A stretch of 64,000 bases of DNA from Dictyostelium discoideum (lineage: Eukaryota), in assembly GCA_000004695.1 (NCBI GenBank), contig CM000151.3, forward strand, positions 6,272,001-6,336,000. Reading direction: 5' to 3'. The position numbers and the translations under genes were made by a program. Each line of letters begins with the position of its first letter. Position 1 is the stretch's first letter. The notes below the pieces were generated by a model. That model did not search any database. It saw nothing but the letters and a program-made list of their open reading frames with translations, and had not been told where the DNA came from. Positions 11,621 to 25,700 of the stretch are shown piece by piece.

Positions 11621-12186
11621 AAAATTTTCTAAATTTATACAAACCTCCCCCTCATATATTTTTTTTTTTTTTATTTTTTTTTTTTTTTTTTTTATTTTTT
11701 TTTTTTTTTTTTTATTTATTTTATTTATTTTTTATAATAATAATAGTTAGACTTTAATTGTAGTAATCAATTATTATATATTTTTAATTTGAATTACTTG
11801 TAAATAAATTAAAAAGATTAAAAAAAAATTTAAATTCAATAACCAAATTCAATCTATTATATCTCTGAAAATCTAATAATATAAAATTAATATTATGAAA
11901 TAAATTTAATATAAAAATTCAATCAATTAATCAAATGAAATCAATGAACAAAGAAAATTTAATTCCGACTGGAAAAAAAATAAAAATAGAAAATAAAAAA
12001 AAATAAAAAAAAAAATAGAAAAAAAAAAAAAAAAAATAAAAATAAAAAAATAAAATTAAAAATAGAAATTTAAATTATTTATGGTTAATCCCTTTTTTTT
12101 CTTTTTTATTTCAAATTTATTTGTTTTATTTTATTTTATTTTATTTTATTATATTTATTTTTTTTTTATTTATTTTTTTTTTATTT

Positions 12187-15100
12187 TTAATTCCAATTCA
12201 AAATTACAACTAAAACAGTGATATTATCACCTGAACCTCTATCATAAGAATCTTGAGCTAATAATTCTGAAATTTCAGTTGCACTTTTTCCCAATTTTAT
12301 ATTTCTTTGAACAAATTGAACGGCTTCATCATATTCGACCTTATCCCAAAGACCATCACAAGCCAAAATGAAGAAATGATCACGAGCAGTGAGATCGGTT
12401 GTTGTTTGATAAGGATCAGAGACACAAAACTTCTTTTCACCCTCTTTGTACTCCTTATCACCAAACGATCTACTAACAGCCAATGAACCAAACAAACGAT
12501 TGAAAATGATCATACCACCCAAATCGGTGACTCTCTTCTTTTCTTGGTCATCACTTGCCAAATGTTTGTAGGAGAGTAAAACCGGTTCATAGGTGACGGG
12601 TCCTTTAGGATTTGCATTTGGTTGAGCACGTGCTAAAACTATCTCTGAATCGCCTACATTTGCAGTGTAGAGTTTATTTCCAACCAATAGAGCCGATACA
12701 CCTGTGCTACCACTCTTTTCACATTTTTCAATTACAATATCATCAGCTTCAGCGTATGCATCACGGAAAGCTTGTTCATAGTCACCATCTCGGAAACTTT
12801 GAGAATTGACCAAACAATTATGAACTGTTGGCTCCAAGAGTGTTGAGGTTTCAGTACCACCATGACCATCATAAACTGCATAGTATGAGATTGGTATATC
12901 CTTTGGTGGACCATTGTAGGTTACTGCCCCCATTAGATTATTCAAAATCACATGAGTATCCTCCATATTCTTTCTTCTACCTTGTAGTGAACCGAAACCA
13001 GATTCAAGTTTAATTTTACTACCAACACCACCATTACCGCAACTATCAGCACCATTCTTTTTAGATTCAGCTGCACCATCGACTTTACTTGTCTTCTTCT
13101 CCTTTGGTGGTTTTGTTGGTTTTGGTTCTTTTGGTTCTTTTGGTTCTTTTGATTCTTTTGGTTCTTTAATTGGTTTTGGTTCTTTTGGTGGTTTTGATTC
13201 CTTTACAGGTTTTTCTTTTGGTTCTTTTATTGGTTTTGGTTCTTTTGGTGGTTTTGGTTCTTTTGGTGGTTTTGGTTCTTTTGGTGGTTTTGGTTCTTTA
13301 GGTGGTTTTACAGGTTTTGGTTCTTTTGGTGGTTTTCCTTTTCCAATTACTACCGTTGCATTATTGTTATTATTATTAGTAGAGTCTGTTGTTGTTGCTG
13401 TGGTAGTGGTTGTTGTTGTTGTAGTAGTAGTAGTTGGTAATAATGTCATTGAAGAAGTTGGTGATGATTCATTACTATAACTACTATCATTATCCATTGC
13501 ACTTGCAATTGAATTACTTATACTACCAGTTGTTGATATAACTGAACTTGGGAATGTTGATGATCCATATGTTGTTGTATTATTGTTGTTATTATTATTA
13601 TTATTTACATTTTTTAATCGAGTATTATCATTATCACTACTATATAATCCAGGTATTGAAACTGAAGTATTTGGTAAACGACTATTCCTAGATGAATTTG
13701 AACCAATTGATGAAACTGGTGATGAATTTGATTGATTATAAGGTGTTGTAAAACCTCTTTTCTCTGCATCAATTTTTAAACTATCAAAAATACCTTCAAA
13801 CTCTTCTCTAACATTATTTTTATCTAATAAATTTACAATATGACTTTTATATGGTTTATCTTTATTTTGTAACTTTTTTTTTTTAAAAAAATAAAATAAA
13901 AAATTTAAATTAAAATAAATTAATATTGATTATTTTAATAATAATAATAATAAATAATGATAAAATCTAATACATACGAATTTTGTAAATTTATTTGATA
14001 TAAAAGATACAGCTTTTTCAGGATCATTACCACCTTCATATTCAGAGAAACAAGATTTTAAATCATATTGTTTAATATTTTCATAAAAGATATCACTTGT
14101 ATTAAAAATTAAATAAATTGCTAATGATTTATCAAATAATTCAGATTTTGTTAAAGTTTCAAATGAATTTAATGATTCTAATAATAAATTTCTATGAATA
14201 TGATTATTACACATTTCAACAATTGTTGGATCTGTATTTTGTGTTGCAACTAAATGATCTGAAAAATAACTAAAAATAAATATAAATATTAAATAATTAA
14301 TTATCATAATAAATTATTTTGGTTCGTTTGTTTGTTTGTTTGTTTGTTTGTTTGTTTGTTTGTTTGTTTGTTTGTTTGTTTGTTTGTTTGTTTGTTTGTT
14401 TGTTTGTTTGTTTGTTTGTTTGTTTGTTTGTTTGTTTGTTTAATATTAATTCTTTCACTTACTCTTTTAAAGCTACAACATAAAATATATAATTTGGTTT
14501 ATAATTTTGATGTAAACCAACCCAATTCTTTGGTGAAGATTGTTTACCTGAACATCCAAATAAATCCACTTTAAATCTTTTATGAATGATTGCTGATGAT
14601 TGAATAGTATCCTTTTGATCATATGCACTAATAATATCCATCTCTGTGGGTGTATAACTTGGATCAAATACTTTAAACATTCTATCCATATAACTATAGA
14701 GTTTTAAATACTAAATTAGTATATGTAAATAAAGAATTAAATAATAATAATAATAATAATAATAATAGTAATAATGTATTTTACTTACTATTTTGGTCTA
14801 CCAGGAGTTCTAATTTCTGAACAAATTTTTGAATGATTATAAACTGATTGAATTACTTTATCTTCCCAAATACATTTACAATCCCAACCTAATTTTAGGG
14901 GGAATCTTGGTAATCTATTTCTAGCCAATTCAACTGGTTGACTTTGTATTCTTTTAACTCGAGCTAAATTATCAGGTGATAAGGTTATATTTAATCTTTC
15001 ACTATTCTCAATGAAACGAATTAACGTTGCCAATGTATTACCATAAATCAAACGTTGATAATGCTTTGCATCGGTTGGATCTGTAACGCCATATATAAAT

Positions 15101-15507
15101 TCCAACTGTCTTTGTAATGTAGTTTTACCACTCTCTGTATGTCCTAATATCATAATAGTTCCACAAAAATCATGTGCTTTTAATATTGGTACCGCTGTAT
15201 TATTATTATTATTGTTATTAGATGATATCGATGATGAATTTGTTGTATTTGTATTTGTATTAGTAGTATTATTAACACTACTATTTGATGATGTCGAAGT
15301 TGATAATTGCGCTAAATTTTGTTCATTTTGTTTTTGTTGTTGTGCTAATTGTAATTGTTGTTGATGCTGTTGATATTGTAATTGTAATTGTTGTTGCTGT
15401 AATTGATATTGTTGTTGTGCCAATTGATGTTGTTGTGCTAAACTACTATGAGCTGGTGACTGTTCTTCTTTCTTTTCTTTTTTATTCATAAATAACATTT
15501 TCTTCAT
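12187..15507 (-). CDS. spnA: Spalten-type protein: N-terminal Galpha-like domain + Ser/Asn/Thr linker + (PKEPK)n repeat + C-terminal PP2C phosphatase; ~975 aa. Exons 14789..15507, 14463..14693, 13978..14269, 12187..13872; introns 14694..14788, 14270..14462, 13873..13977
   Basis: Exons 1-3 and the start of exon 4 encode a heterotrimeric G-alpha-like domain. Matches: 'ILGHTESGKTTLQRQ' (P-loop), 'KYYMDRMFKVFDPSYTPTEMDIISAYDQKDTIQSS' (~KYYLD..YxPTxQDxLRxRVKTTGIxE), 'FKVDLFGCSGKQSSPKNWV' (~FDVGGQRSERKKWI), 'IYLIFNTSDIFYENIK' (~ILFLNKKDLFEEKI), 'EYEGGNDPEKAVSFISNKF', 'KSHIVNLLDKNNVREEFEGIFDSLKI'. Exon 4 continues through poly-T and 'KPPKEPKPVKPPKEPKPPKEPKPPKEPKP...' into a canonical PP2C domain ('FGSLQGRRKNMEDTHV', 'YYAVYDGHGG', 'GSTGVSALLVGNKLYTANVGDSE', 'LAVSRSFGDKEYK', 'DEFLILACDGLWD', 'RGSGDNITVLVV'). 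All four splice junctions are GTAAGT/GTATGT...AG and keep the frame; phases 2,2,0. The predicted length (~975 aa) and the Galpha-like + PP2C architecture match the D. discoideum Spalten protein as described in the literature (from memory). Confidence 0.85.
14326..14441. repeat. (GTTT)n microsatellite, ~29 units, inside spnA intron 2
   Basis: A perfect gtttgtttg... run at 14326..14441. The plus-strand ORF 14332..14574 ('MFVCLFVCLF..') is an artefact of it. Confidence 0.95.
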
Positions 15508-15722
15508 TTTTCATTCACTATATATATATTATAATTCATATATATAACATATGAATTTTAATTTAATTTAATTTTTATTTTTTTTTATTTTTTTTATTTT
15601 TTTTATTTTTTATTTTTTATTTTTTTTTATGAAATGTAATTTTCAAAAAAAAAAAAAATAATAAAATTTTTTTTTTTTTTTTTTAATTTATAGGTGCGAT
15701 TGATCTGTTTCTTTCTATTTTT

Positions 15723-15764
<42 letters not shown>

Positions 15765-16448
15765 ATTTTTTGAAATAAATTAAAAAAACATAGAATTATT
15801 GTTGTTATTGTTATTGTTATTGTTGTTATTATTGGCGGTGATGATGTATTTATATATAGGAAGAAATTATATGTTTCTGTTTATGTGTGTGATTTAATGA
15901 TTGGAAAATAATTAAAAAAAAAAAATTTTTTTCTTTTTTTCTTTTTTTTTTTTTATTTTTTTTTTTTCCATTATTTTTTTTTTTATTTTATTTTTTTTTT
16001 ATTTTATTTTTTTTAATTTTAATTAAATTTGAATGTTTTTGTGGGGGTGTGTGGTTGTTTATGGTTGTGTAACAATAAAAATAATAATAATAATTGTTTT
16101 AAATTATAATTAGTTTTTTTTATTCTGTTTTTTTGAAATTTAATTAAAAAAAATTAAAAAAAAAAAAATAAAATTTTAAATCAAAAAAAGAAAAAAAAAA
16201 AAAAAAAAAGAAAAGGAATAAATGATAATAAATAATTAAAATTATAATAATAATAATAATAATAAAAATCCTAAAAATATTAATAATAATAATAATAATA
16301 ATAATAAAATATTATTACATATGGCTAATTTTAAATAATATATTATTATTCATAATTATTTATTAAAAAAAAAAAAAAAAAAAAAAAATAAAACTGAAAA
16401 TAAAAATTAAAGGAAAAAAAAAAAATTATTATAATTATTTGTTTGAAT

Positions 16449-16846
16449 TTAATTATAATTAAGTGTTGACAAAAAGTCATCGACATCAACCTCTTCAATT
16501 TTGAGAGATGTGGTAGTCTTTGATGTTGAATTACCTTCACTATTTTCTGTATTTTCATTTTTTTTATTATCAACTTCTTCTGTCTTTGTTTGATTATTCT
16601 CGTTTGATTTATTTTCAACGTTGTCAACATTTTTACTGAGAGTATTGTTGTCATTATTATTTTCTTCTTTAAACTTTGAAGAGGAGGAAGGAGTAGATGT
16701 TGTAGTTGAAGCCTCCATTTTCGGAGGTAATAATTTTGTTTTTGTAGCTGCTTTTATAAAAGGAGGAGCAATTGTAACTGATGATGTTATTGGAGTGATT
16801 AAATTTGTTGTCGATGTTATTTTATCAATTGAAGTAGAAATTTGTG

Positions 16847-16912
<66 letters not shown>

Positions 16913-18700
16913 TGTCGTTGTTATGATTGTTTAAATTTACATTGGAGGTATTGGTTGGTGTTGATACAGATATTTTTGAATTATTTGGAGATGAAAAATT
17001 TAAAGGAGTCCTTTTGTGATTTGCATTAGATATATTATGATCATTTGAAGATGATGTATCCTCAACTATTGGTATTGATGTATCTTGAGTTAATTCAGTA
17101 TCAATTTGATTACTGCTATTACTATCAATAATAATATTATCCATAGTTGGTTCTGATACTGTTGTTGATGTTGTTGTTATTGTTGTTTTTGTAGTTTTAA
17201 AAATATCATCGTTATTATTATTATTATTATTATTATTATTGTTGTTGTTATTATTATTATTATTTTTATTTTCATCTGTATTTCCATTATTATTATTTTT
17301 ATTATAATTTTTATTTTTATTTTCATCTGTATTTAAAGTATATGATTGATAAAATTCAGGATCAGCTTCAAGGGACATTAAAATATTATCTACATTTAGG
17401 GTCGAATTTAAAGAACCATTATAATTATTTGGAAAAACGAGATCCATAGTTTCATAAGAGTTATTTTCATCCTCTGTATTGTTCCAATTGATGTTGCTAT
17501 TGGTAGCGGAGGTAGTCGATGTATTTGAGGTTGTAGTTGTGGTAGTTGTTGTATTATCAGTAGAACCACCACTATTATTATTATTATTATTATTATTATT
17601 GATTTGATTATTAATTAATTCTGCAATTTTCTCAGGTAAGTGAGGATTTTTTAAGAAATCTAATTCTAAACCCTCCAACCATAAATTATTATTGCCACTA
17701 CCACTACCACCACCACTACCACCACTACCAGTACCAGTTGGACTATTATAACTGTTTGTGGCAATAGTATTATTTATTGAACTTAAACTTACAATTGGTG
17801 TATAATTTGAAAAGCTATTAAAATTATTAACATTGTTTGGTGATGTTGATAACTTTTTAGGTGTCATACTCTTTCTCTTTGATGGTGTTGTATTCATTTT
17901 AGATGCAACTGTTGTGGTGGTTGTTGTTGTTGTTGATGTTGCTTTTGTTGGTGAAGTAGATGATATATCACCATTTGGTGTATTTAAATTATCTTTTATT
18001 GTTTCCACTATATTTGTTTTTTTAATTACATTTGGAGGATTTGGTAATGGAAATTCGTTATTAATTGTAGATGATGTATTTGTTAAATTGGTAGTATTCA
18101 ATGATGAAGGGGTTGTAGTATTTGTTGTTGGCGTTGTTGTTGTTGTTGTTGTTGTCATTGGAGTATCAGTTTTCTTTCTTTTTAAAGTTGTTGATTGAAA
18201 TAATTCAGACATATCAATTTCAGAATCATTTATTGAAGTTGTTTGAATTTTTAAATTTTTATAATAAGAATAATCTTCAACGATATTATAGATTGAATTT
18301 AATGATTGATGAATCTTATCATAAAATTCATCATTTGTTGATATTTTCGTACTTAATGCCATTGAATTTATAAACAAATCTCTTTTTCTTTTCTCTTCTT
18401 TTAATATTAGATATTCATTTAGTATTGATACTAATGATTTAACTGATTTTGTCTTTTATCAAAGAGAAACAACATTAATGATGATAAATAATAAAAAAAA
18501 TTAGTATGTTAAAAAATTATTTATTATTTTAAAAGTTATAATATAAATAAATTAAATACCTGTGATTTTGCTAAACTTTTAATAACACTATGACACTCTT
18601 TTGAGAAAACTTCATGTGTATCTTTAAACTTTTCATCTTTTAAGAATGATAAAATTAAAAGACAAACTTCATTCACTCTTATCAATGAACAATTATCCAT
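16449..18700 (-). CDS. LisH-motif protein with a long T/N/S-rich low-complexity region; exons 18560..18700 and 16449..18452, intron 18453..18559; ~715 aa
   Basis: Exon 1 starts ATGGATAATTGT. 'MDNCSLIRVNEVCLLILSFLKDEKFKDTHEVFSKECHSVIKSLAKSQ' fits a LisH-like dimerisation motif. It ends ..TCACAG|GTATTT. A 107-bp AT-rich intron ends ..gataaaAG. Exon 2 (TKSVKSLVSILNEYLILKEEKRKRDLFINSMALS...) is in phase 0 and runs on through the poly-T/poly-N region. The ORF-track 'M' at 18377 is a TTG. Confidence 0.6.
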
Positions 18701-19352
18701 ATTACTAATAATAATAATAATTATTTTTTTAAATTCATTGATGTGTCTGAAAGGTGAATATGAAAAATAAAAAAATAAAAAAAATAAAAATTTAAAAAAA
18801 AAAGTTGAAAAAAAAAAAAATTATTAAAAAAAAAAAATAAAGGTGAAAATATATTAAAAAAGAAATTAAGAATTGTTTTAATTTCTCAAAAAAATTTCTA
18901 TTTTATTTTATTCTTTATATTCTTTTTTTTTTTTTTTGTAATTTTTATTTTAATTTAGGAACTTGATCAATTTTTTTTCTTATTTTTTTTCAAACGATAA
19001 TTACCCAAAAATGGAAAGACAGTTGACTACTTAATTATCTCAATCAATATTTTTTTTATTTTATCAATAACAGGAAAGTTTTGATGTATGACCAACTTTA
19101 TAACACATTAAATTTTTTTCCAAACAATTTTAGTCACCCGAGATTTTTTTAAAAAAAAAAATATTATGGGTTGTCTATTTTAGGATATCAAAAAAAAAAA
19201 AAAAAAAAACCATGGGAAATTTCAAAAATTAACATGTTCAAGATATTTGTGGAAAAATTCATCGAAAAATGGCTACAAAAAGGTTCTTTTTATTTTTTTA
19301 ATATTACACTACAATTTTTTTTTTTTTTTTTTTTAATTTTTAATTTTTAAAA

Positions 19353-19388
<36 letters not shown>

Positions 19389-19428
19389 CACTGGTTGTTG
19401 AACAACATCTATTCATAAACTTTTATTT

Positions 19429-19464
<36 letters not shown>

Positions 19465-20324
19465 ATTTTGTTATAATAATTTTAAATATATTAACATATA
19501 ATAGAAATTTTTTTAAAAAAAAAAAAAAAAAAAGTTGGCCAGTGTTGGTTGTAATGTGAAATAAAAAAATTTTAATTTTATAAGGTAAGTTAACTCCTAA
19601 AAATTAATATCTTTTTTGTTTTTTTTTTTCATTTGCACCTTCTCCTATCAAAATTAAAAATTAAATTTTTTTTTTTTTTTTTTTTTTTAATTTTTCAATC
19701 ATTTAAATCAAGATATTACCAAAAATACCGTCGGTCATTGGAATCATTAAATTTTATAATTATTTTTTTTTTTTTTTATTTTATTTTTTTTTTTTCTTTT
19801 TTTTTTTAATTATAAAAATTACTCTCACAAAAAAAAAAAAAAAAAACAAAATCCCAATAACCTTCTCTATAGAGATTGACTTAAACATTGCCAAAAAAAA
19901 AAAAAAAAAAAAAAAAAAAATAGAAAAAAAAAAAAATATACATATATATACAATTATAATTTAAACAAATATATTTTTAATTTTAAAATTTAAAATTTTA
20001 TATTTTTTTTTTTATTTTTTTTTTCTTTTTTTTTTAATTTTTAATTTAAATTGTAACTATTCGAATAAATAAAATAAAACAAAACACAACAAAACTAAAC
20101 AAAGAAAAAAAATAAAATAAAATAAAAAAAATAAAAAATTTTAAATTAATACTAACCTGCTTAACTTTATAAAAAAAAAAAAAAAACTTCATAATAAATT
20201 TTTTTAAGAAATTAATAAATATACAACATAAAGATATAAAATAAAATACTCTTTTTTTTATTATTTATTATTTTTTTTTTTTTTTTTAATTAAAAAAAAA
20301 AAAAATTAAAAAAATTAAAGAAAA

Positions 20325-20641
20325 ATGCAAAATATTGAAGAATTAGTTCAACAATTATTAATTGGCGATGAAAATGTTGGGTTTATTAATGTTCCATCAA
20401 AATTTGAGAGCGATCAACAACAACAACCACAACCAACATCCACAAATAAAAAAAATACAAATGATGATAAGAATAAAATCAATACAGTAAAGATACCAAT
20501 TTCAATGGCATTATTAGATCAATTAAGTACATTGAAATCATTATCTGCCACTTTACCATCATCACCAACAATACCACCAACCAGTACAACCCATACTGTT
20601 GGTACCTCAACTTCAACTACACCATCTAGTAATTCAACATC

Positions 20642-20686
<45 letters not shown>

Positions 20687-22669
20687 GAATAATACATCAC
20701 CACCAACATCAACTACAAATACTAGTAGTAGTAGTACAACAACCTCAAATGTAACACCATCATCAATTTTAATTGAATATGAAAATAGGATAAATGGAAT
20801 TAAACAATTAATTGAAAAGATATTGAATAAAGAGATTCCAGATTATAATTCAAAAAAGTTTGTAGTAAATTTTGATTTTTCAAGCTACCCTTCATCTGCT
20901 GATTCAATTGTGAAGGATATATTGGATAGTTATGACGGTGATTTACAAGAAGAGCAAGCAAACTACGACATGGAATTGGAGAGTAGTGGTGGCCATTTTA
21001 GTCACCACAGTAACGATATATTTGGCCCATCACCATCACCACGTGGTGCGAATTCAATCCCCAATGGTTATACAAGCTATAGATTACACTGGGCCAGTAT
21101 CATTGTTAAATTACATCAAGCAATTCTTTCAAGTTCTCTTTACCAAAACCTCTTGAAAAAGATTTACAATGTTAATGCATCTTCACAATTAACATCCTCA
21201 CAAACTTTAGTTGACTCTTTGAAAGATCCAAAAATACAATCGAAAAAAATTAATTCAAGTTTATCCTCAAGTTCATTGGTAAACAAACAATTATCATCTT
21301 CAAGCGATAACTCTTCCACTTTGGATAGTAGTGATACAACAACCACCACAACTGCCGCAAATTCAAATGCAAGTGGCTTTGCTAAATCCTCAAAAGTCAA
21401 TGACTTACAACAAGATGGTAGTGTCATTCAATCAACAAAATCAACTCCAACCACTCCACCATCTGCTTCACCTTCAACAAGTTTTCGTGGTCTTACTGGT
21501 ACTAGTGCTGATCAAGATGCTATCTTATCAATTAGTAAACAACAACCTACTTCTCCAAGTTTAGGTAAATCACTATTCTCTAGTGTAATTGGTAATAATA
21601 ATAATAACAATGTTAATAATAATAATAGTAATAATAATAATAATAGTGGTAGTTATAATAATAACAATAATAATAATAATAAAGGTAGTACAACAAGTAG
21701 TTCAGGATTTTCATTATCTGCTCTAATGTCTGGAAATAGTCGTGATGCACCACCTGCTCTTAAAGATTTAGCTGATCGTTCAACAAAATATGATCAAGGT
21801 AAAGGCATTGGTATCGATATAAATAATAACCCACTACATCAATTGCAACCACCATCAACAAATGGTGCTACTGGAGATAGATATAATCCAAATATTAATA
21901 AGTTACCATCATCCTATGAAACTGATCCAGTTTTACTTCCAGATGGTTCAACATTTGATAATACAAGACAATCATCTTCAACATCGACTTCATTATCTTC
22001 AAATCCAATATCATTTGTATCACCAACAAGCAATAATAATATTCTTCCAACAAGTCAACCTGGATCTTATAGTGGCAGTAAACCTATTCCAATGAATAAT
22101 ACCAATTCATTATTCTCACCACCATCAAATAATCCATTATCAACATCATTTGGTATGCCAGGTAGAAATAGTAATAGTAATAATAATAATAATTTCCTTT
22201 CAACTTCACCATTTGATGCACCAGGCTCTTTAACTAGTGGCGGTATGCCACCAACAAGATATCCAGATTCATTCTTTTCAACATCTGCCTCTTCAAGAGC
22301 TCCCCCAGCATGTGATGCAATTCCATCCTCAAATGTTATTCAAATTCCACAATCAAACACTAACGCTGGTAGTTCAATGTTATCAGTTTCGCCATCACCA
22401 TCATCATTAAACAACAACAATATGATTGTTGGTAGTTTATCAAGTGCAAGCAATCCATTATCATCATCTGGTGGTTTTAATAGAATGCAAGGTAGTGGTG
22501 GTTTCGAATTAAATCAATCTGGTTCAAATATTTCTCAACCAGTTATTGTGCCACCTACAACTTCTTCAATCCCAATTAATGTCCAATCATCTTCATATTC
22601 ATCAAATTCTTCTAATCCTATATTTTCTTCATCACCAAATTCTCAATTATTATTACAACAACAACAATT

Positions 22670-22710
<41 letters not shown>

Positions 22711-25700
22711 TACAACAACAATTACAACAACAATTAACTCCACAAATGCCAGCAATTGGTTCAACAATTGTACCTGCTTCAAGTTCATTTAAAGCACCAT
22801 CTCAACTTGATCTTTTATCTTCACAAACAAGTACATCATCAATTTCAACTCAATCTGGTGTTTCAAATACATCATCATCATCATCTTCTTCTTCTTCTTC
22901 CTCATCAAGTTCAACATCTACAACAAGTTCAACATTAACTTCAGGAGTTTCAAATGGTGGTGATAATTCAAATATGAATACAATTAATATTTCAAATAAA
23001 GCTCATATGGATGATACAGTTAAATCTTTATCAAAACCAATTGTTGGACTTTCAGATCATAAATTCCCAGAATGGTTAGATATTACAATTTATTGGAGAA
23101 ATGATGAAACTTCAAATGTTGTTGTTGTTGATGATAATGATATTTCTAATGGTATAAATTTAGAAATTAAACAAATATTATTAACTGAACAATCAGCTGG
23201 TAGATTAGATCATTATTTAGAATCTAAATTAGTTACATCAATTCATAATAGGTTATTGAATATTATTGAATCCAAAACCAATGAATGGGTTGAACCTATT
23301 TATAACTATTGGATAAAATCTGTGGATATCGAATATCATAATGAAATTACCAACTCTTTCCAAAACTTTATTCAAGAGTTTAACAGTCATATTTGGGATA
23401 ATAGAAAATATCAAGCATTCTTAAATAGAATTGTAAATCTTCGTAGACAATTCCCACCACCACCATCATCATCACACCAACCAGCACCAAATACACCAGC
23501 ATTGTTAACAACAACCAAAGGTATACCAATACCAATTCAAAAGAATTCCCAACAAGAAGAGATTGAAATGTCAAAGATATTCAAACAACTCGAATTGGAC
23601 ATCATTTATTTGATCTCAGTTCAACATTATTACTCTTTGAAATATATTGAAAAACTTTTAATTGGTACAATGGGTCATACTTCTGCTGATGTTAGACAAT
23701 CTTCAGTACGTTTATTAAATGTTATCTATGATTCCCATACTTGGCAATTTGAAGAACCATTAAAACCAGTAATAAGAGTTATTGGTGATGCTTTTAGAAT
23801 TGAATTAGAATTGGACCAACCATTACCTGAAAATGTATTAAAAAGAATTTATATTACAACAGTTCAACCACCAACTCAAAGATTAACAAACTTTAAATCG
23901 AGTACTATTAAAATTGGTGGTACTTATGGAAAAAATAAACAAAACTTACAATCATCATCAGCAATTTTCACAAAACATAAACCTAAAGTTGATGGTTGTA
24001 AATTATATATAGATTTACCATCATTCTATAGAGCTGGTTATTATGATTGGAGAGTTGTTGAATTAAAATCAAATGGTAAATTTGTTTCATTTGATTTTGA
24101 AACTTTTAAATTAAAATCATCAAAAGATGAAAACTATAAACAAACAGATAGTGCATCATCATCATCATCATCAATTAATGATAATCAACCAATGATATCA
24201 GATGAAAATGAAAAAATTCAAGGTAGATTTATAGTTCATCCAAAATTAAGAGAAGAAATTATGCATGAAGTTTGGGTAGATTTACAAGATTCAATTTGGG
24301 ATCCATATAGAGGTGAAATGACAAAAAAAGGTAGAATTCAAAATTTAATTGATGCTTTAGATCATTATCATCAAGAGGGTATTACTACACTTTATGTTAT
24401 GGGTTTATTAGAGAAATTACCAAGTAATCAACCATTATGTCCAACCGATAGAGATTTAGCAAATCGTTTAATTGGTGGTGATCAAATGTTCTCACAATTG
24501 GTTAATAGAGCTAAACAATTGGGTATAAAGATTGTTATCGATTCAACAACTCGTTTATCATCCAAAGCAGCCCATAGAAAATATAAAGGTGTGGTTTGTC
24601 ATACTTTGGATAATAATGGTCAACTCTCAAGATTGGAAGGTACCGATAGTTCAGAGTTCACTTGGAATGATTGTGTCTCTATGAATATGCGTAAACTTTC
24701 AGTTTGGGAAATGTTTGTTCAAGAGACTTTATTATGGGGTGATCGTGGTGTTGATGGTATTCGTATAGATAGTGCTCATACATGTCCATTGTTATTCAGA
24801 TCGAATTTGGATGAAATGTATCGTTTGGATAGTGATGATTTACCACATTATACCAATCAACAAATCTTTGAGGGTGAAATCGTTATGAAACCATCGGAAG
24901 AAGGTAAAAACTTTGGCTATTGGGGTACAACACCACCCTCACCAAAACATTCAACTCCTTTCTATCCAAATCCAATTTTCATTAAAATGACCAGAGAGGT
25001 TTGGAATCGTTTCCCACAATTTGTATTTCTTGCTGAAGTTTATTGGGATCGTGAATTACATTCAATCATTTCAGGTTTAGTGCCCTATTCTTCTGCAATT
25101 CCAAAAGCATTGGCATCGGTTTTCGATAAAGGTATCAGTAAAGATGGTATTGTTTTCGATTTAAGACAACGTCAATCAGTAAAAGCACTCTATGATTATT
25201 ATGAAATGCGTATGTCAACTTATCCACAAAATTCAATTATTCTCTATCCATCATCGACTCATCACTCTCCATATCCATTACAAATTTACAATGCTGGTGC
25301 GTGGGCTGCCGTCGATCTTATGTATTTCCTACCGGAAATTCCAATTACCTATATTGGTGAACAAAATGGTTGGTACTATCATGTTGATATTCATACAAGT
25401 CGTGTAAAAGTTGGTATGTCTGCAACACCCTATCAATTACAATATCCTCAAATTCGTGGTCATTATGCTCATCGGGTGGCACTTAGAAAATCTCATGCTT
25501 TATTACGTCGTGGTGGTATGATTCCATTGTTATGTTACCATGCAACCGGATGGCATGATCGTGTATTTGGTTTCGCACGTTTCTCTGGTAATGAAGTTGC
25601 AATCATTGCAATCAACTTTGACAATACCGACACGGAATTCTATGTCGATTGTTCACCATTGGCAAAGATTTGTTCAGATGATACAATCTATAGAATGGTG

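Noticed and set aside
12297-13013. Short ORFs on both strands inside the spnA PP2C exon
   Set aside because: They overlap a domain with unambiguous PP2C motifs in another frame.
14332-14574. ORF 'MFVCLFVCLF...' on the plus strand
   Set aside because: Translation of the (GTTT)n microsatellite in spnA intron 2.
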